A DNA stretch of 64,000 nt. Source: Oikopleura dioica. Its lineage: Eukaryota; Animalia; Chordata. The notes under the pieces were generated by a model. That model was not told where the DNA came from, did not search any database, and saw only the letters and a list, made by a program, of their open reading frames with translations. Made by a program: the position numbers and the translations under genes. The stretch is taken from NCBI GenBank assembly GCA_907165135.1, contig OU015569.1, positions 5,208,001-5,272,000 of the forward strand. Direction: 5' to 3'. Below are positions 11,745 to 23,142 of this stretch, piece by piece; position 1 is the stretch's first letter; each line of letters opens with the position of its first letter.

Positions 11745-13562
11745 CTACGACAAGTAGCGAATGTAGTCGATCCTGTCGTAATGCACCTAGAGAATATGTT
11801 AACTAGCATTCGACGAGAAAAGCTTACTTGAGTGGAGGCAATGACACCCAAACATCCGAAGATAGCCGAGCAGGCAGCGTAGCTAAGAGGACTTTTCGTA
11901 ATCGTAAGTAAAGTGGACACAATGGCGATAGGAATCATATGCGATAGGTAATAAGCCGAGTCCAAAAGTGCGTACATCTCACAGAGACCACGCTCGTAAA
12001 TGTTATCCTCCCCAACGGCCTTGAATAATGCAATTATCGCGACAAGAGAAATCAATGAAAGACTTACGTTGCTTTTGGCTTCTTTGTGGTACTGTGATAA
12101 AAGAGAATAGGGAAGGACTTGAAGAGCTGCGAGCAAAAAACCAGTCAGTGACGTGGCGCAAATGACGATTGGAACTGATCGGGAAACAAAAATAATTGCT
12201 GCAGCGAAGGAAAATGAAATCTAATAACAGTCATATGTTCTGGTACATCAACTAGTGATCTTACACAAGAGTAGACGAAGGCATTGCGGCGGCCCATCAT
12301 TTTGATTATGTCTTCCGCGTAGAAGGCACAAATTACCCCGACGACGTTCTGTAAGAAAAGTCCTATAGAACCGTAGCGGATGCCCTCTTCGTACAGGTTT
12401 CGTAACTCAGAGCCGACTTCTGCGTTTGGATCCCCGTTGAAGATTACTTCTGCGAAGTACTCCGTGTAGTAAGTGATCTGAAATAACAATCAAATCGACA
12501 CCAGAACGAGTTCTTTACCAGATTCATTAGTCCCATCCATCCACAGAAATGCGCGAACCAAAGTCGATGAAACATGTTTGGCATAGTAATTAAACTTCGA
12601 ATCATCTCCGCCAGCGAGCAGAAAAACATTCGGATAGCCTTGAATCAAGAGTTCAAACGGTGGGAAGTATTTTGATCGTGACTTACCGCGGGTATTTTGA
12701 AGACGATCAGTGGAGCGCGTACAACCATGGTAGTTATTGCAGAGATGGAGATAAGCCCCTGCGGGTTGCCTTCAGTGTCCTAGAAAATTCGTCAAAATAA
12801 ATTTGTGCGGAAACAGCAGAACTGTAAAAGTGGACGATCGGACAGCAGCCATCGACATCATCACCAACGAAGCGTAGACAAAGAACAGGGTCAAGAACAA
12901 AAGCTTGTCTGCTCCTCCGAGGAAAGTAGAAAGCCACAAGTTTTTCAAATCGATACTGCAGAAGAGATATGCCAGCGAGCCGCCAGCAGATACCATTAAT
13001 GATTTGATGCCGAATGCCTAATTTCAGCCTTATTAATTGCGTCCTTGATAGAAGAAGTACCTTTTGGACAAATCCTTTGGACTCGTAAAGATCATCAAGA
13101 AGCGCTTCGAATGGAGTGTAGCACAAGCTGACACAACTGTCGAGTAAGACTATTCCCGAAAAGAGCAAGCCAAGATGGATGAGACCAGAGTATTTTTCGG
13201 GGAGTACTTTCGAAATCGTGGAACTTTAGAATTTAGCAAATATAACGACTGAATCAGTTTTACACTAACCTATAAGGAATGAGAAGGAGGGCAAGCAAGA
13301 TTGCCAGGGAGATACAGAAAATAAATGGTGTTCGTTTTCCATGGCGGGACTGACAATCGTCAGACCAGGCACCAATTCGGGGGCCCACGATCATCGCAAG
13401 AAGAGGGCCACAGCCAAGAACGCAGCCGACCGTGTCGCTCTGGAGATCCGAGCTCATCAAGCTGGGCACGATGAATGTAAAGGCGGCACATGATACGAAA
13501 TCAAGCCCAGCTGGCAGCGAGTTGACCTTGATAAGCTCCCACAAGGACAACTTGTGTAGCAT
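11745..13562 (-). CDS. SLC45: SLC45-family (GPH/MFS) sugar:proton symporter, SLC45A3-like
   Basis: GPLLAMIVGPRIGAWSDDCQSRHGKRTPFI; LLD..C..YTPFEALLDD; W.AHFCGWMG; YEEGIRYGSIGL; LPYSLLS.YH; ERG...A.LDSAY.LS. Confidence 0.85.
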
Positions 13563-13926
13563 TGTAGAATTTATAACGATTCCATTGCTTCTCGACGCAT
13601 CACCAACGATGCAGGGTCATCTTTCCATCTGATATATAATGATTAAGAGACGAGCTGAGAGCATGAGCTTATAAAAATTGTAGATCTTTTACATAGTAAT
13701 GTATGTGCTCGACAACGAGAGCTATATCTCAGTTTGTTAGACATGCAAGGATTTGCGCACAGAGCCAGATTTCACTTATTAAAAAGTTTTGCGAGCGGAT
13801 ATCAGCATCGTGGCTGTGGGCGCAAGAAAGTTTTATTTGAGTTAGAAATAATAAGCTGATAATATCATATTCTGCAATAACTGATAGTGATATCGGATCA
13901 AATTTGAGGTCCGGGGTAGGAGTCAG

Positions 13927-14484
13927 TCAGGCACTTGTTTTTGTCAATGTTTGTCTGTACAAGTCGGGGTAGCTGGGCAGTTGAGTTTGGTCGACCAAAG
14001 TCGCAGCGTTATTTATAAAGTGCTTCGCTGTATTATTACCCCATTTATGGCGATAGATAATGTGTGTAGCGACTATGACAAGCGCTATTACTATAAACTG
14101 TTTCAAGTTTGTTTCAAGTTTGCTTTGAACTTTGCGGAATTCTGTACTACTATAATACAAAAAAGAAACCATCGGATGGAACCAAAGAGTACTCCGGTGG
14201 ATCGACGACCAGATACAAATGCAGGCAGTGCATCCCCTCCCCATTTTCTGACTCGACATGAGATCAATATTGACAAATATGACAATGTAGGACCCCCAGT
14301 CACGCAAGTTATGATCACAACACCTACATCAATACAAAAGTATAACAAATGGAGAAATAAAGATCTGCCACAGGAACTGTTAGTAGCAGAGGATGGAAGA
14401 GAGAGTATCTAATCTAACATCAAGCACAAAAAATAATCGACGTAATGAATTTAACTTGGCTACACCAAAATGAGCGTCGCCATA
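13927..14484 (-). CDS. Hypothetical small Cys-containing membrane protein; exon structure uncertain
   Basis: Lies co-oriented between EIF4H and SLC45; open frame with a plausible GT-AG intron leading into a hydrophobic stretch FIVIALVIVATHIIY. No family recognised. Confidence 0.3.
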
Positions 14485-14638
14485 AAGCGCGAGCCTTTTC
14501 TTAATATATTTTGTTTAATAGAGATGAAAGAGAGTGTACTGAAAATAGATTTGGGATTGGGGACAAGGAAGCACAGAAGAGGCCGGTAGCCAGCATCTGA
14601 TTTTATAGCCGAATTCCACCTTCGTTCCACTTTGGCGC

Positions 14639-15739
14639 CTAATCGGAGATCTTCTGGTTTTCGAGGCGCTCGGCCACTTTGTCAGTGGGATCCTCCATCT
14701 TTTTCTCTTTCAGCACCTTACAAATTAATTCTATAATTTAATTCAAAAAATTAAAAAGATTAACCTCTTCTCGTGGCTTGGCCGCGCCGAAAATGGAACT
14801 TCTAGCCTTGTCTTCTGATGATTTTTCCGCAGGCTTCGTCGAACCCTTTGGCATCAAATTTAATCTTGGCCGGCCAGAAGTTGATGGATTTGCTGGAGGT
14901 AAGCCACTGTCTTGTCCACGTCTATCAGAATATCTGTCGTCTCGGGGACGATCACCTCGGAAACCTCCATCTCGTCCGCCTAAAAAATGATCACGAATCC
15001 AATTTCAGGTTTTTTCTCACCTCCAAAGCTCCCTGGTCCTCCTCGTCCGGATGGCCCCGGGTACCCTCTGTCGCTAGAAAAAATTTTCAATCTTGGTTTC
15101 ACACGCGTACATTTCGCGAAACCGCAGAAATGCGTCGTATAAACAACAATCAACGGCGATAACCTGGTATTAAGACTTACTGGTCTCTGTTGTCTCCTCT
15201 GAAACCACCGTCTCTATCGCTGTGACCTCCTCTGCCTCCTCCACGGCCACCTCGACCGCCACGGTCGCCTCCACCTCGTCGGTTATCTCTGTTTTCAGCA
15301 ATATCGATACGAATCTTTTTGCCATTTTCAATTTGCTAAAAATCAATGAATTTCAAGAAGCACAGCTTTACATTACCGCTCCATCAACAGCAAGCGCGCT
15401 TTTCAAGTCATCAACCGTCTCGAACTCGACGTATGCATATCCACGGAAGGCTGCGGTTTCCCGATCGCGAACCATTCGGATTTGCTTTACCTAACGTAGA
15501 AAAATTTCAGTTAGAGAATATCCAAATCGCAAAAGGTTACCTGCTGGTCAGGGAAAATGTGATCGAAGTCACCCTGAACAAGGGTATCTGGAAGGTTTCC
15601 TACATATGCAGTAAATGGAGGCTCGGTTGGCTATTTGAGGGTTGAAAAAACAAGAAATTTAGCATTGATAAAAACTTTGGCTTTCAACCCATAGCAGTTG
15701 TTTTCTGCGGCCCCCGGAACGCCCTCCACCATAACTCAT
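14639..15739 (-). CDS. EIF4H: Eukaryotic translation initiation factor 4H
   Basis: [35 protein letters not shown] (RRM), RGG region, [19 protein letters not shown]. Confidence 0.92.
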
Positions 15740-15878
15740 GGTCGTCTTAAAACAGAAGATAATAATTTTCAATAGGTAGAAGCATTTTGTTAGATTGCAC
15801 ATGAGTAGGAAGAAGGGAACTGAAGATATTATATAAAAGTAAACGCAGCAAAGAAACCCAGTAAAAATACAATGAAAG

Positions 15879-18772
15879 TTACATAGGCTGTAAATTTATA
15901 CTAGAAGCAGGCATACTCATTAAATTACTTTTATGGCTGCCTAATGGTGCTGGGGTTAGCGTGGGGGGAGGACTGTTGGTATAAATCTGCTTGAGAATCA
16001 ATAATGCCGCGTCTTCGGATGTCCAGTAGCAGCGGTGAGCAGAAGGAGCGAACATGTACTCGTTAAACATCTCTAGCGGGCGCTCTTGGAGCTAAAAAGG
16101 TGTTTAAGACTTTATCTTGTGTGCTCAAACAATCTGGTCAATATTAACTGAGTGAGAAAGAAACTGCTGGCCAATAGTTAAAATCAACACCTTCACAACA
16201 AATTACACGCGTTTATCTAGAAACCACTGCAGTTCTCAATTACCTGATAATCAATGCGCTCTCCCGAATTAAGCTGGCCCATATCAAAGTCTTCCTTAAC
16301 AGAGGAAGAGGTGTCGGAATCTGCGCGCGCTCTGGCAGACTATGAAAATGAATAAAAAAGATGCAAACACATTTAAAGGTACCTGAATCATTTCGTTTGC
16401 AAGTTGCTCCGCCTGCTGCTGATCCTCGTCATAGCCGGCGGCTCTCTTGACAGTGGACATAACTGTTTTCATAGTGCTCATCAAGCCCGACCTAAACTCG
16501 GCAGCGGCTTTGCCAAGATTGTCGGCTAGTTCCAAATGAAGACGCTTTCGACCCTTGTGATGAGGAACTTGCGACGGCTTTGGTGGACATGGCGAGACGA
16601 TAAATGGTTCTAGACGATAGGCGAAAGGATCCATCGGATGGAAAAGATTGTAGAAACGCCCACAGGTCGGAAGACTGAATTCATAGCCAAGGGCCTCCAT
16701 TCCGCGTAGAGCTAGCAATAGTCCAGTTGGTGAGCCAAGGGTGAATACTCCATCTGGTTTGAAATTGAGCTTCGGATATCTATGAGAATTACATGCTTAC
16801 GAAAGAAAATCGAAATCACACCGACCTAATACTTGGTTGACCAGCACCATAGTCGTATTGTTTATACTCAACATTGACCGTCATGCCTTCCTCCAAATCG
16901 ATGTTTGGAATTTCATCTTGCTTGATTTCGGGTATCGAAATCTCTTTTCTTGTATTGGACGAAATGTACTTTATAAAAACATTAAAATGAAAATCTTTCA
17001 GGAGTACTCACCTGAAGAAGCTTCTTTCTTGGGCCTAGTGGTAATCCTAACGACTCAATATCCTGTTGCTCGAGCATCATTAGTGATGAGACATCAATCT
17101 GTTCCTGTTGTAAGATCGGTTCGACGCTCTCGATATTCAGGCTTTTTAACAATTCTAGGGAACATAGTGTTAATTTCGGTTTCCTTTCAAATTTTGATGA
17201 CAAACCTGCTAGTGACGTAGGTTGAGTTTCATTTTGCGAATTGGAAGCAGGTGGAACTGACGGGGAAATTTCGACGCACTCTGGCTTCTTTTCCTTCTGG
17301 TTTTGATTTTGCAAGAGGTCGAACAGCATCAGACCGGATATACCATGTCCAATGAGATGAACTGAGCCCGAAAAGTTAGGATTTTTTTCCCTATAAAGGC
17401 CGAGAATTGTTTCTAGCTGCAGCGTCAGTGACTCGATCATTGGCTGGGCATAAATAGGTGAACTGTAGAACATAACATCGGCTACAGCAGCACTGCTGAA
17501 CTCTCGAAGACGAGGAATTGAACTTATTGAAAGCTCCTTTACTACTTCTGCTGTTCCAGAAAGCTGCTCGCTGTGAGCGTCTTGCCAAATAATCGGCTAA
17601 ATTAAATCGGTTTGCAAGTTAAATAGAATATTACTTACTAAAATATCTATGCGCTGTTTGTGACCAAAGTGAGACTGCCGCATGTCGAGCAAACGGTTTC
17701 GGAAAGAGTCGACGAGTCCCACTGATGTTTCCGCGGCCGAACCATCGCATGCAACTAGAATTAGTCCACAGGCAGCGCCAACCGGTTCACTTAGAGGTAC
17801 TCGAAGACCGAGTTCGTTGTGGCGAACGTTGCGCCTAACAAACTGCATCTGGGGCGCACCTGGCGGAACATAACCTTGCTCGTCCGGGGAGCACCCAGGA
17901 GGCAAGTACACTACAGACTGAGAGTTGTGCATAACTGCGTGGCCGATTGGAAGTTGGACCTTCTTGGGGAAGCCACCAGAATTTAGCTCCATGTCAATAG
18001 CTTCGCCACAGTCTTCAGACAAAGGTTGATAAACGCCATCCACTTGTCCGTAATAATAACCTCGACGGATGCGAATTGGATCTTCTGCCCAATACTGTGC
18101 ATGACGAGTCCCATCCATCAAGTCGACCTCATATCGCCCGGACATTACTTTCACTCGTTCAGTTGTTCCTTCGTTGAATTTGGACTCGATCAGCGAAGAG
18201 TCAGCCGTTGAGAAGGGAAGCCATCTGTCTGAATCTTTCGTCGAAGCCGAATTCTCATAGAACCAGACGACATTATCCTCTGGTAAAACTGGTGGCGCTG
18301 GATTTGGAGCTTGAGTGGCTGTTTTCGGCGGCGTTTGGGCGCCATAGTAAGAGGGCGGTGGAGCAGAGGCCGCGTTGAAAGTCGGAGGCGGCTGCTGTGG
18401 AAGTGCTACTGGGGGGAGGGGGTTATACGTATGAGGAGGAAGACGCCCTGGTGGAGGCGCTGTTGTTGGTGGAGCATTAGTAGGGGAAAATGCCGGCACT
18501 GGTGCGGCACCGATAAAACTCATTCCAGGAGTAGCGGCATATCGATTCGTCTGAGCCGCAGGCTTCGGAGATTGCAAATTATGTGCTGGCAGTGGCGGAA
18601 GAGAGGGCGAGGGAGTAAAGGAGGAGGGCGGTACTAGAGAAGTGGGGACTGTTGATGATGGAGCCATAGCTGGTTGAGTTACTGGCGCAGGTACCGGCGC
18701 AGGTACCGGCGCAGGGACGAAGAATTGCGGCTGATCGTCAGTATCGTCATTGCTGAATAACAAATTCGACAT
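15879..18772 (-). CDS. SEC23IP: SEC23-interacting protein p125 / DDHD2 family
   Basis: Pro-rich N-terminus; WWE region (WFY...WLPFS..DS..IE, GRYEVDL); SAM ([11 protein letters not shown]); DDHD domain ([43 protein letters not shown]). Confidence 0.92.
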
Positions 18773-18871
18773 CTAAAATCATTCATCATGCGCATAGAGA
18801 ATTTTTTCTAAAAATATAAAATGTATATGTTGTTTACAAAATTATATGTTGCAAGGTAAATGCTTGTATAA

Positions 18872-20206
18872 TCAAATCTGGCCAGCGATGATCTGTTTTT
18901 GAAGTTGATTTGCATATTCGGGATCGGCCTTAGCTGCGGCGTGAAGGAGTTCCACCGAGTATTCGTAATCAGGCAGCGTGCCACGGCCAAGTTGAAGACA
19001 TCGAGAATAAATGAAGGCGCCCAGACAGAAGCCCTAGATATTTGATAGCTTGTTTTGGAAATACCGCGGAAAGGAAACCTTTTTGAAGTGCTCATCTTTT
19101 TCCGAAAAGTCAAAATCGGATGATGCCTCGCAGACACTGAAAACAAAGTTCATTTTAATTTGAAGCACGAGGGGAGGGGAGAACTCGCGTCACTCACCGC
19201 TTTGACTGTTGAGCTGCTTCGGTAAACATTTTTCGCTTATAATAAAGCTCAGCCAGCATTGCGCGGCCCAACGCACTACCGTTGTTGGCAGATCGTTTGA
19301 AACAGTTCATCGCTTTCGTCGTGCTTTGTGCAATCCCCTGATTAATTTTTATATCTCCGGCTTGGATAAAAAAAAAATCCGCGATGAGAGCCGACATCAA
19401 TTTTATTAATCCCACCTCGCCTTGAAGATAAAATTTGCCAATGATTGCCTGACTCGGGACATGGCCCGCTCCAGCCGCGTTTTGGTGCCAGTAGAAGCAT
19501 TTTTCTACGTTTTTGTAAACGGGATGAGCGTAGAACTTGCTCAATTCGATCATCGCATCGAGCAGCCCGTTCCCCTCGGCGGCAGCCTTTGTCCAGTACT
19601 CTTCAGCTTTCTGAAATGTTGGAAAGAAAAACGCGTTAACTCCTTACCGGTGCATTGTGAGGGAATGAATCCCAGTAGGCACGGCCAAGATTCAAAAAAG
19701 CGTTTTGTAGTAGATGTTCTTGTTTCTCATCTGAACGAAACATTATCAAGATGAATTTAATGATTTTAGGGTGCACCTTTTTGAGCGAGATCGACGACTT
19801 CTTCCATAAGAGCGATTGCTGCTTGTGTATCTTTTTCGACGCCCCTGCCATCGTACAAATATGCTGCCTTTTGATAGAGCGCTGAGAGCGAGCCAAGAGA
19901 AGCAGCTTCATCGAAGATTTTGAAGGCTTCATCTTCCTGATCTTCTTCTTGATATGCGATACCGAGAAGGAGCTTGACTTTTAAATCATCCGACTGTCAA
20001 GAGTTAAAAAGCACCAGCATTTTTTCTCGTAGTTTTATATATAGAAAAAAAAAATTTCTTTTTCTCCTTGAAAAAGTTAAAACTTTCAGAACAGAGCAAA
20101 AATTTATTACTCTTTCCTGCGTCTTCAAAATTTCTATGACCTCTGGGATAGTCGCTTCTGGAGAAACATCAATGCCCAAAGACTGACACGACTCGATTAC
20201 GCTCAT
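18872..20206 (-). CDS. LRP2BP: LRP2-binding protein (SEL1-like repeats)
   Basis: Sel1 repeats (ALYQKA..LYDGRGVEKD; NLGRAY; KCFYWHQNAAGAGH; CFKRSANNGS); last exon AFIYSRCLQLGRG...A.K.DP..A..L resembles the LRP2BP C-terminus. Confidence 0.8.
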
Positions 20207-20377
20207 TCTGATCAGATAAACGTTCAATTCACCAAGTTGAATTTGTCAAAGCAGTTTATTTCTTTCCGTGTTGCAAGTATTTTTCTAATTCAATCTATTG
20301 CACAGAGATTTGATTCTGAAGAATCAAGAGTGTGAAGTTCGCGTCCAGGGTGGAAAAAATTAAAGAAGAAAGGCTTT

Positions 20378-22256
20378 CTACAGTTGATTCGTCGAGTTAC
20401 CATTGTATGTTGGTCGATCAGCATCGTCTTGTAAATCAGCAATACGACGCTTTAAAAATTTTGATAAGTTTATCAAGAAGAAAAACAAGTGCTACTCTTT
20501 GAGGGCGTTGGGTCGAACTGGTCGTGGCTGGCTGCCTTGGAGGAGGTGCAGTATTTGGGCCGAAAATACTGGCAAGACCTCGGATAAGAAGATCTACAAC
20601 ATCATTAACTAGTGGTCAATCAAAAATGTTTACTAATTGGAAAAAAGATGAGGGCCCAGAGCCATCCGACAATGCCGGATTGTGACATCTGCGTGCCACT
20701 GACATCTTGAACGACTATCAGAACTGCTGAAGGAGCGAGCCCGAGATCTCTCATCGTTTTCGTCTCTTCATCTTTGTCAATAAGTCTGTTTGGCATCATT
20801 TGGCGGAATTTGAAAGCTCTTTAATATGAATTTTTTATTTCCGGTTCTTCAATGGTGATTTTCTCTCACCCTTTAACCTTATTATCGCTGACTAAGAGGT
20901 CGCGAGCGTTTTGAAGAGGATCGTCGGCTTCGAATGTATAAGTGATAGAAGCGCCATTGCCGAGGCGGATAGAAAGACGCGCTTTGCTCGCTTTAGCACG
21001 CTGAATCTCTTCTTGCTTTTCGCGTTCGGCACGCAACTTCTCCTCTCTAAGCCGATTAGTTTCTGCATCCCTCGCGGTTTTCTCCGCGTTGTAGGCTGCC
21101 GCTCGGTTCCGCTTGTCTTCCTCAATTTGAGCCCGTACTCTCGCGAGGTGTTCTGCGTCAGCTTTCTTTTCTGCGGCACGCTTATTTCGGTTTGCGATGA
21201 TCTTTAGTTCGTCTTCCTCTCGCTTTCGTCTTCTAAAAGGAAATTTTATTTTTTTCGAAAATAAAAGGGGAACTCACGCTTCTGCCATTTTCTTTCCCTC
21301 TTCTCTTCGTTTAATCTCGTCTTGTCGCTTCTTTTCCGCGGCTTCTTTTGCTTTTTGCTCTCGAACCGCATCAATTTTGCGCCTGTACTCTTCTGCCTTC
21401 TCTGCTAACCTTGTGGCTTTTTCTTCAGGAGTCTCTGAAGGTTCTGAAGTTCCAGGAGTTTCAGAATGCATGTTTGAGTTCGTGCTGCTTGAACATTCTT
21501 TACTAGGCGCGTCAGGCGTTGTCTAAAGACACGTAAGCTTTATACACCTCCACCATGACTCATTCGAATTCCTTTAATATTTAATGAACAATATTGATTA
21601 CCTTTTCGTTGATAATCCCAACTGCCGTTCTAAGAATCTGTGCTTGTGTGATTGTTCCTTTCAGCGGCTCTCTTATCATTTCACCGCCGCTGTTCATGAA
21701 GAAAATCATCGGAGTGCCTTCGATTGTCCAGAACTGGTTAAAATCTATAAACCCTTGTGTGCCCTCCTGCAAACGCAGAGCGATGCAATGTGGTTGAACT
21801 TTTGAATGCATTATTGGACTTTCGAAGATTTTCTCAACATCTTGTGAGGCTGAGTTGCTGCCACTGGCAACAACGACTTTCAAAGGAGTTTTTCAATATT
21901 TTTTATTTCGTGACTTTTGATTGAAAGGTAGAACCTAGGAATCCTAGCCTAGGATCGACAAATGCCCCCGAAATCCGGATCGGGTTTTCATCGGATTTTC
22001 TTGAAGTCTGATTTTTCCGATTGGGTTTTTATCGGGTTTTTGTAGGATTTTTCGGGTTTTTGTCGGGTATTTTTCGGATTTTTATCGGGTCTTTGTCGAA
22101 TCCAACAAAAACCCGACAAAAACGTCGGTTTTCGATCGGGTGTCAGGTGGGACTTGTCGATCCTAGGAAAGAACGAGATTTTCAAACCCTGCCTAAAAAT
22201 TTATCTTGGCTAACAATCGCCTGAATCGCTGAGGCTATATCTCCGGACCACCACAT
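20378..22256 (-). CDS. UBXN4: UBX domain protein 4 (erasin)
   Basis: MWWSGDIASAI start, thioredoxin-like domain, coiled coil, UBX (ARLSIRLGNG...F; L.DLGLAPSA.L), hydrophobic hairpin, C-terminal TYNGNSTNQL*. Confidence 0.93.
21948..22191. mobile_element. Small MITE-like insert in UBXN4 intron 1
   Basis: 14-bp inverted repeat CCTAGGATCGACAA (21948-21961 / 22154-22167), internal TCGGGTTTT micro-repeats, and a CAGGG-type end next to the splice donor. Confidence 0.6.
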
Positions 22257-23142
22257 ATACCCAGTATCGATTTTTCCTCACTAAAGCAAGAAGAGTCAAC
22301 TCTAGCTTATTACTGAATTAATCAAAATGATATTGTGCGGAAATAACACAGGGTTGAAGAATTAAAAGGATGAACCATGAGACATTGTCAAAAGCTAAAT
22401 ACTGTCACAAACTGTTCCGTCGCGGACATGTCACATTAAGACTCGGTTATGAAATGACAGTAATTATTATAATACAGGTAAAGGGATCCGAAATACATCG
22501 GGTCAGCGGCTGATGATGAACTTAAAGACAACGAAGGATATAAACTTAAAATCATGAAGAATTCCATTGAAAAAGGTGAATGAATATAGAGTTAGAAATA
22601 CACAAACCTCGCTTTCTAGAGATTGCTGATTAGAAGAAGAGAAAACTTAAAATATGCATTAACAAGCTACATGGGTTGAAATGAGTTTGGCTTAGTTTAA
22701 TCCGAGGTAAAGACATGGCATGAGAAGGTCTGCAAGGTATCGACTTGAATTGTGCTGCACCTGATTCTTTTGCAGTGAGACCTGAATTTGCACTTCCGGA
22801 GCAGTGATAGTTTGGAAAAGGAGACTCGACTACTAGCACTACACTAACTAGATTGATGGAATTTATATCTGCCTGATCAATTTTTGTACTTTTGATTTTT
22901 GTATTTTTCGATATATATTGCAAAGCGGACTAGATTCTAGTTTTGGCTAATGGAAAGAGAAGAAAGTACAAAGGAAAAGCAGGACTTCCGAGAGTGACAG
23001 AGTTGAACTGGTGTGGCTGACTGCAATCGCGTGATCACAGAAAGCAGGGCCTCGTCACTTAGAACTCGAGATAAATAGAGGCAACACACAAATTGTAGAC
23101 GGACGCTTCGAAGAAGGAGTAAAGGCAAGACAGTATTTCAGA

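Noticed and set aside
21988-22224. Lys/Pro-rich and Phe/Gly-rich ORFs
   Set aside because: Translations of MITE micro-repeats within the UBXN4 intron.
22300-23140. ORFs between UBXN4 and OSBPL9
   Set aside because: No recognisable motifs or exon structure; more likely OSBPL9 3'UTR or promoter sequence.
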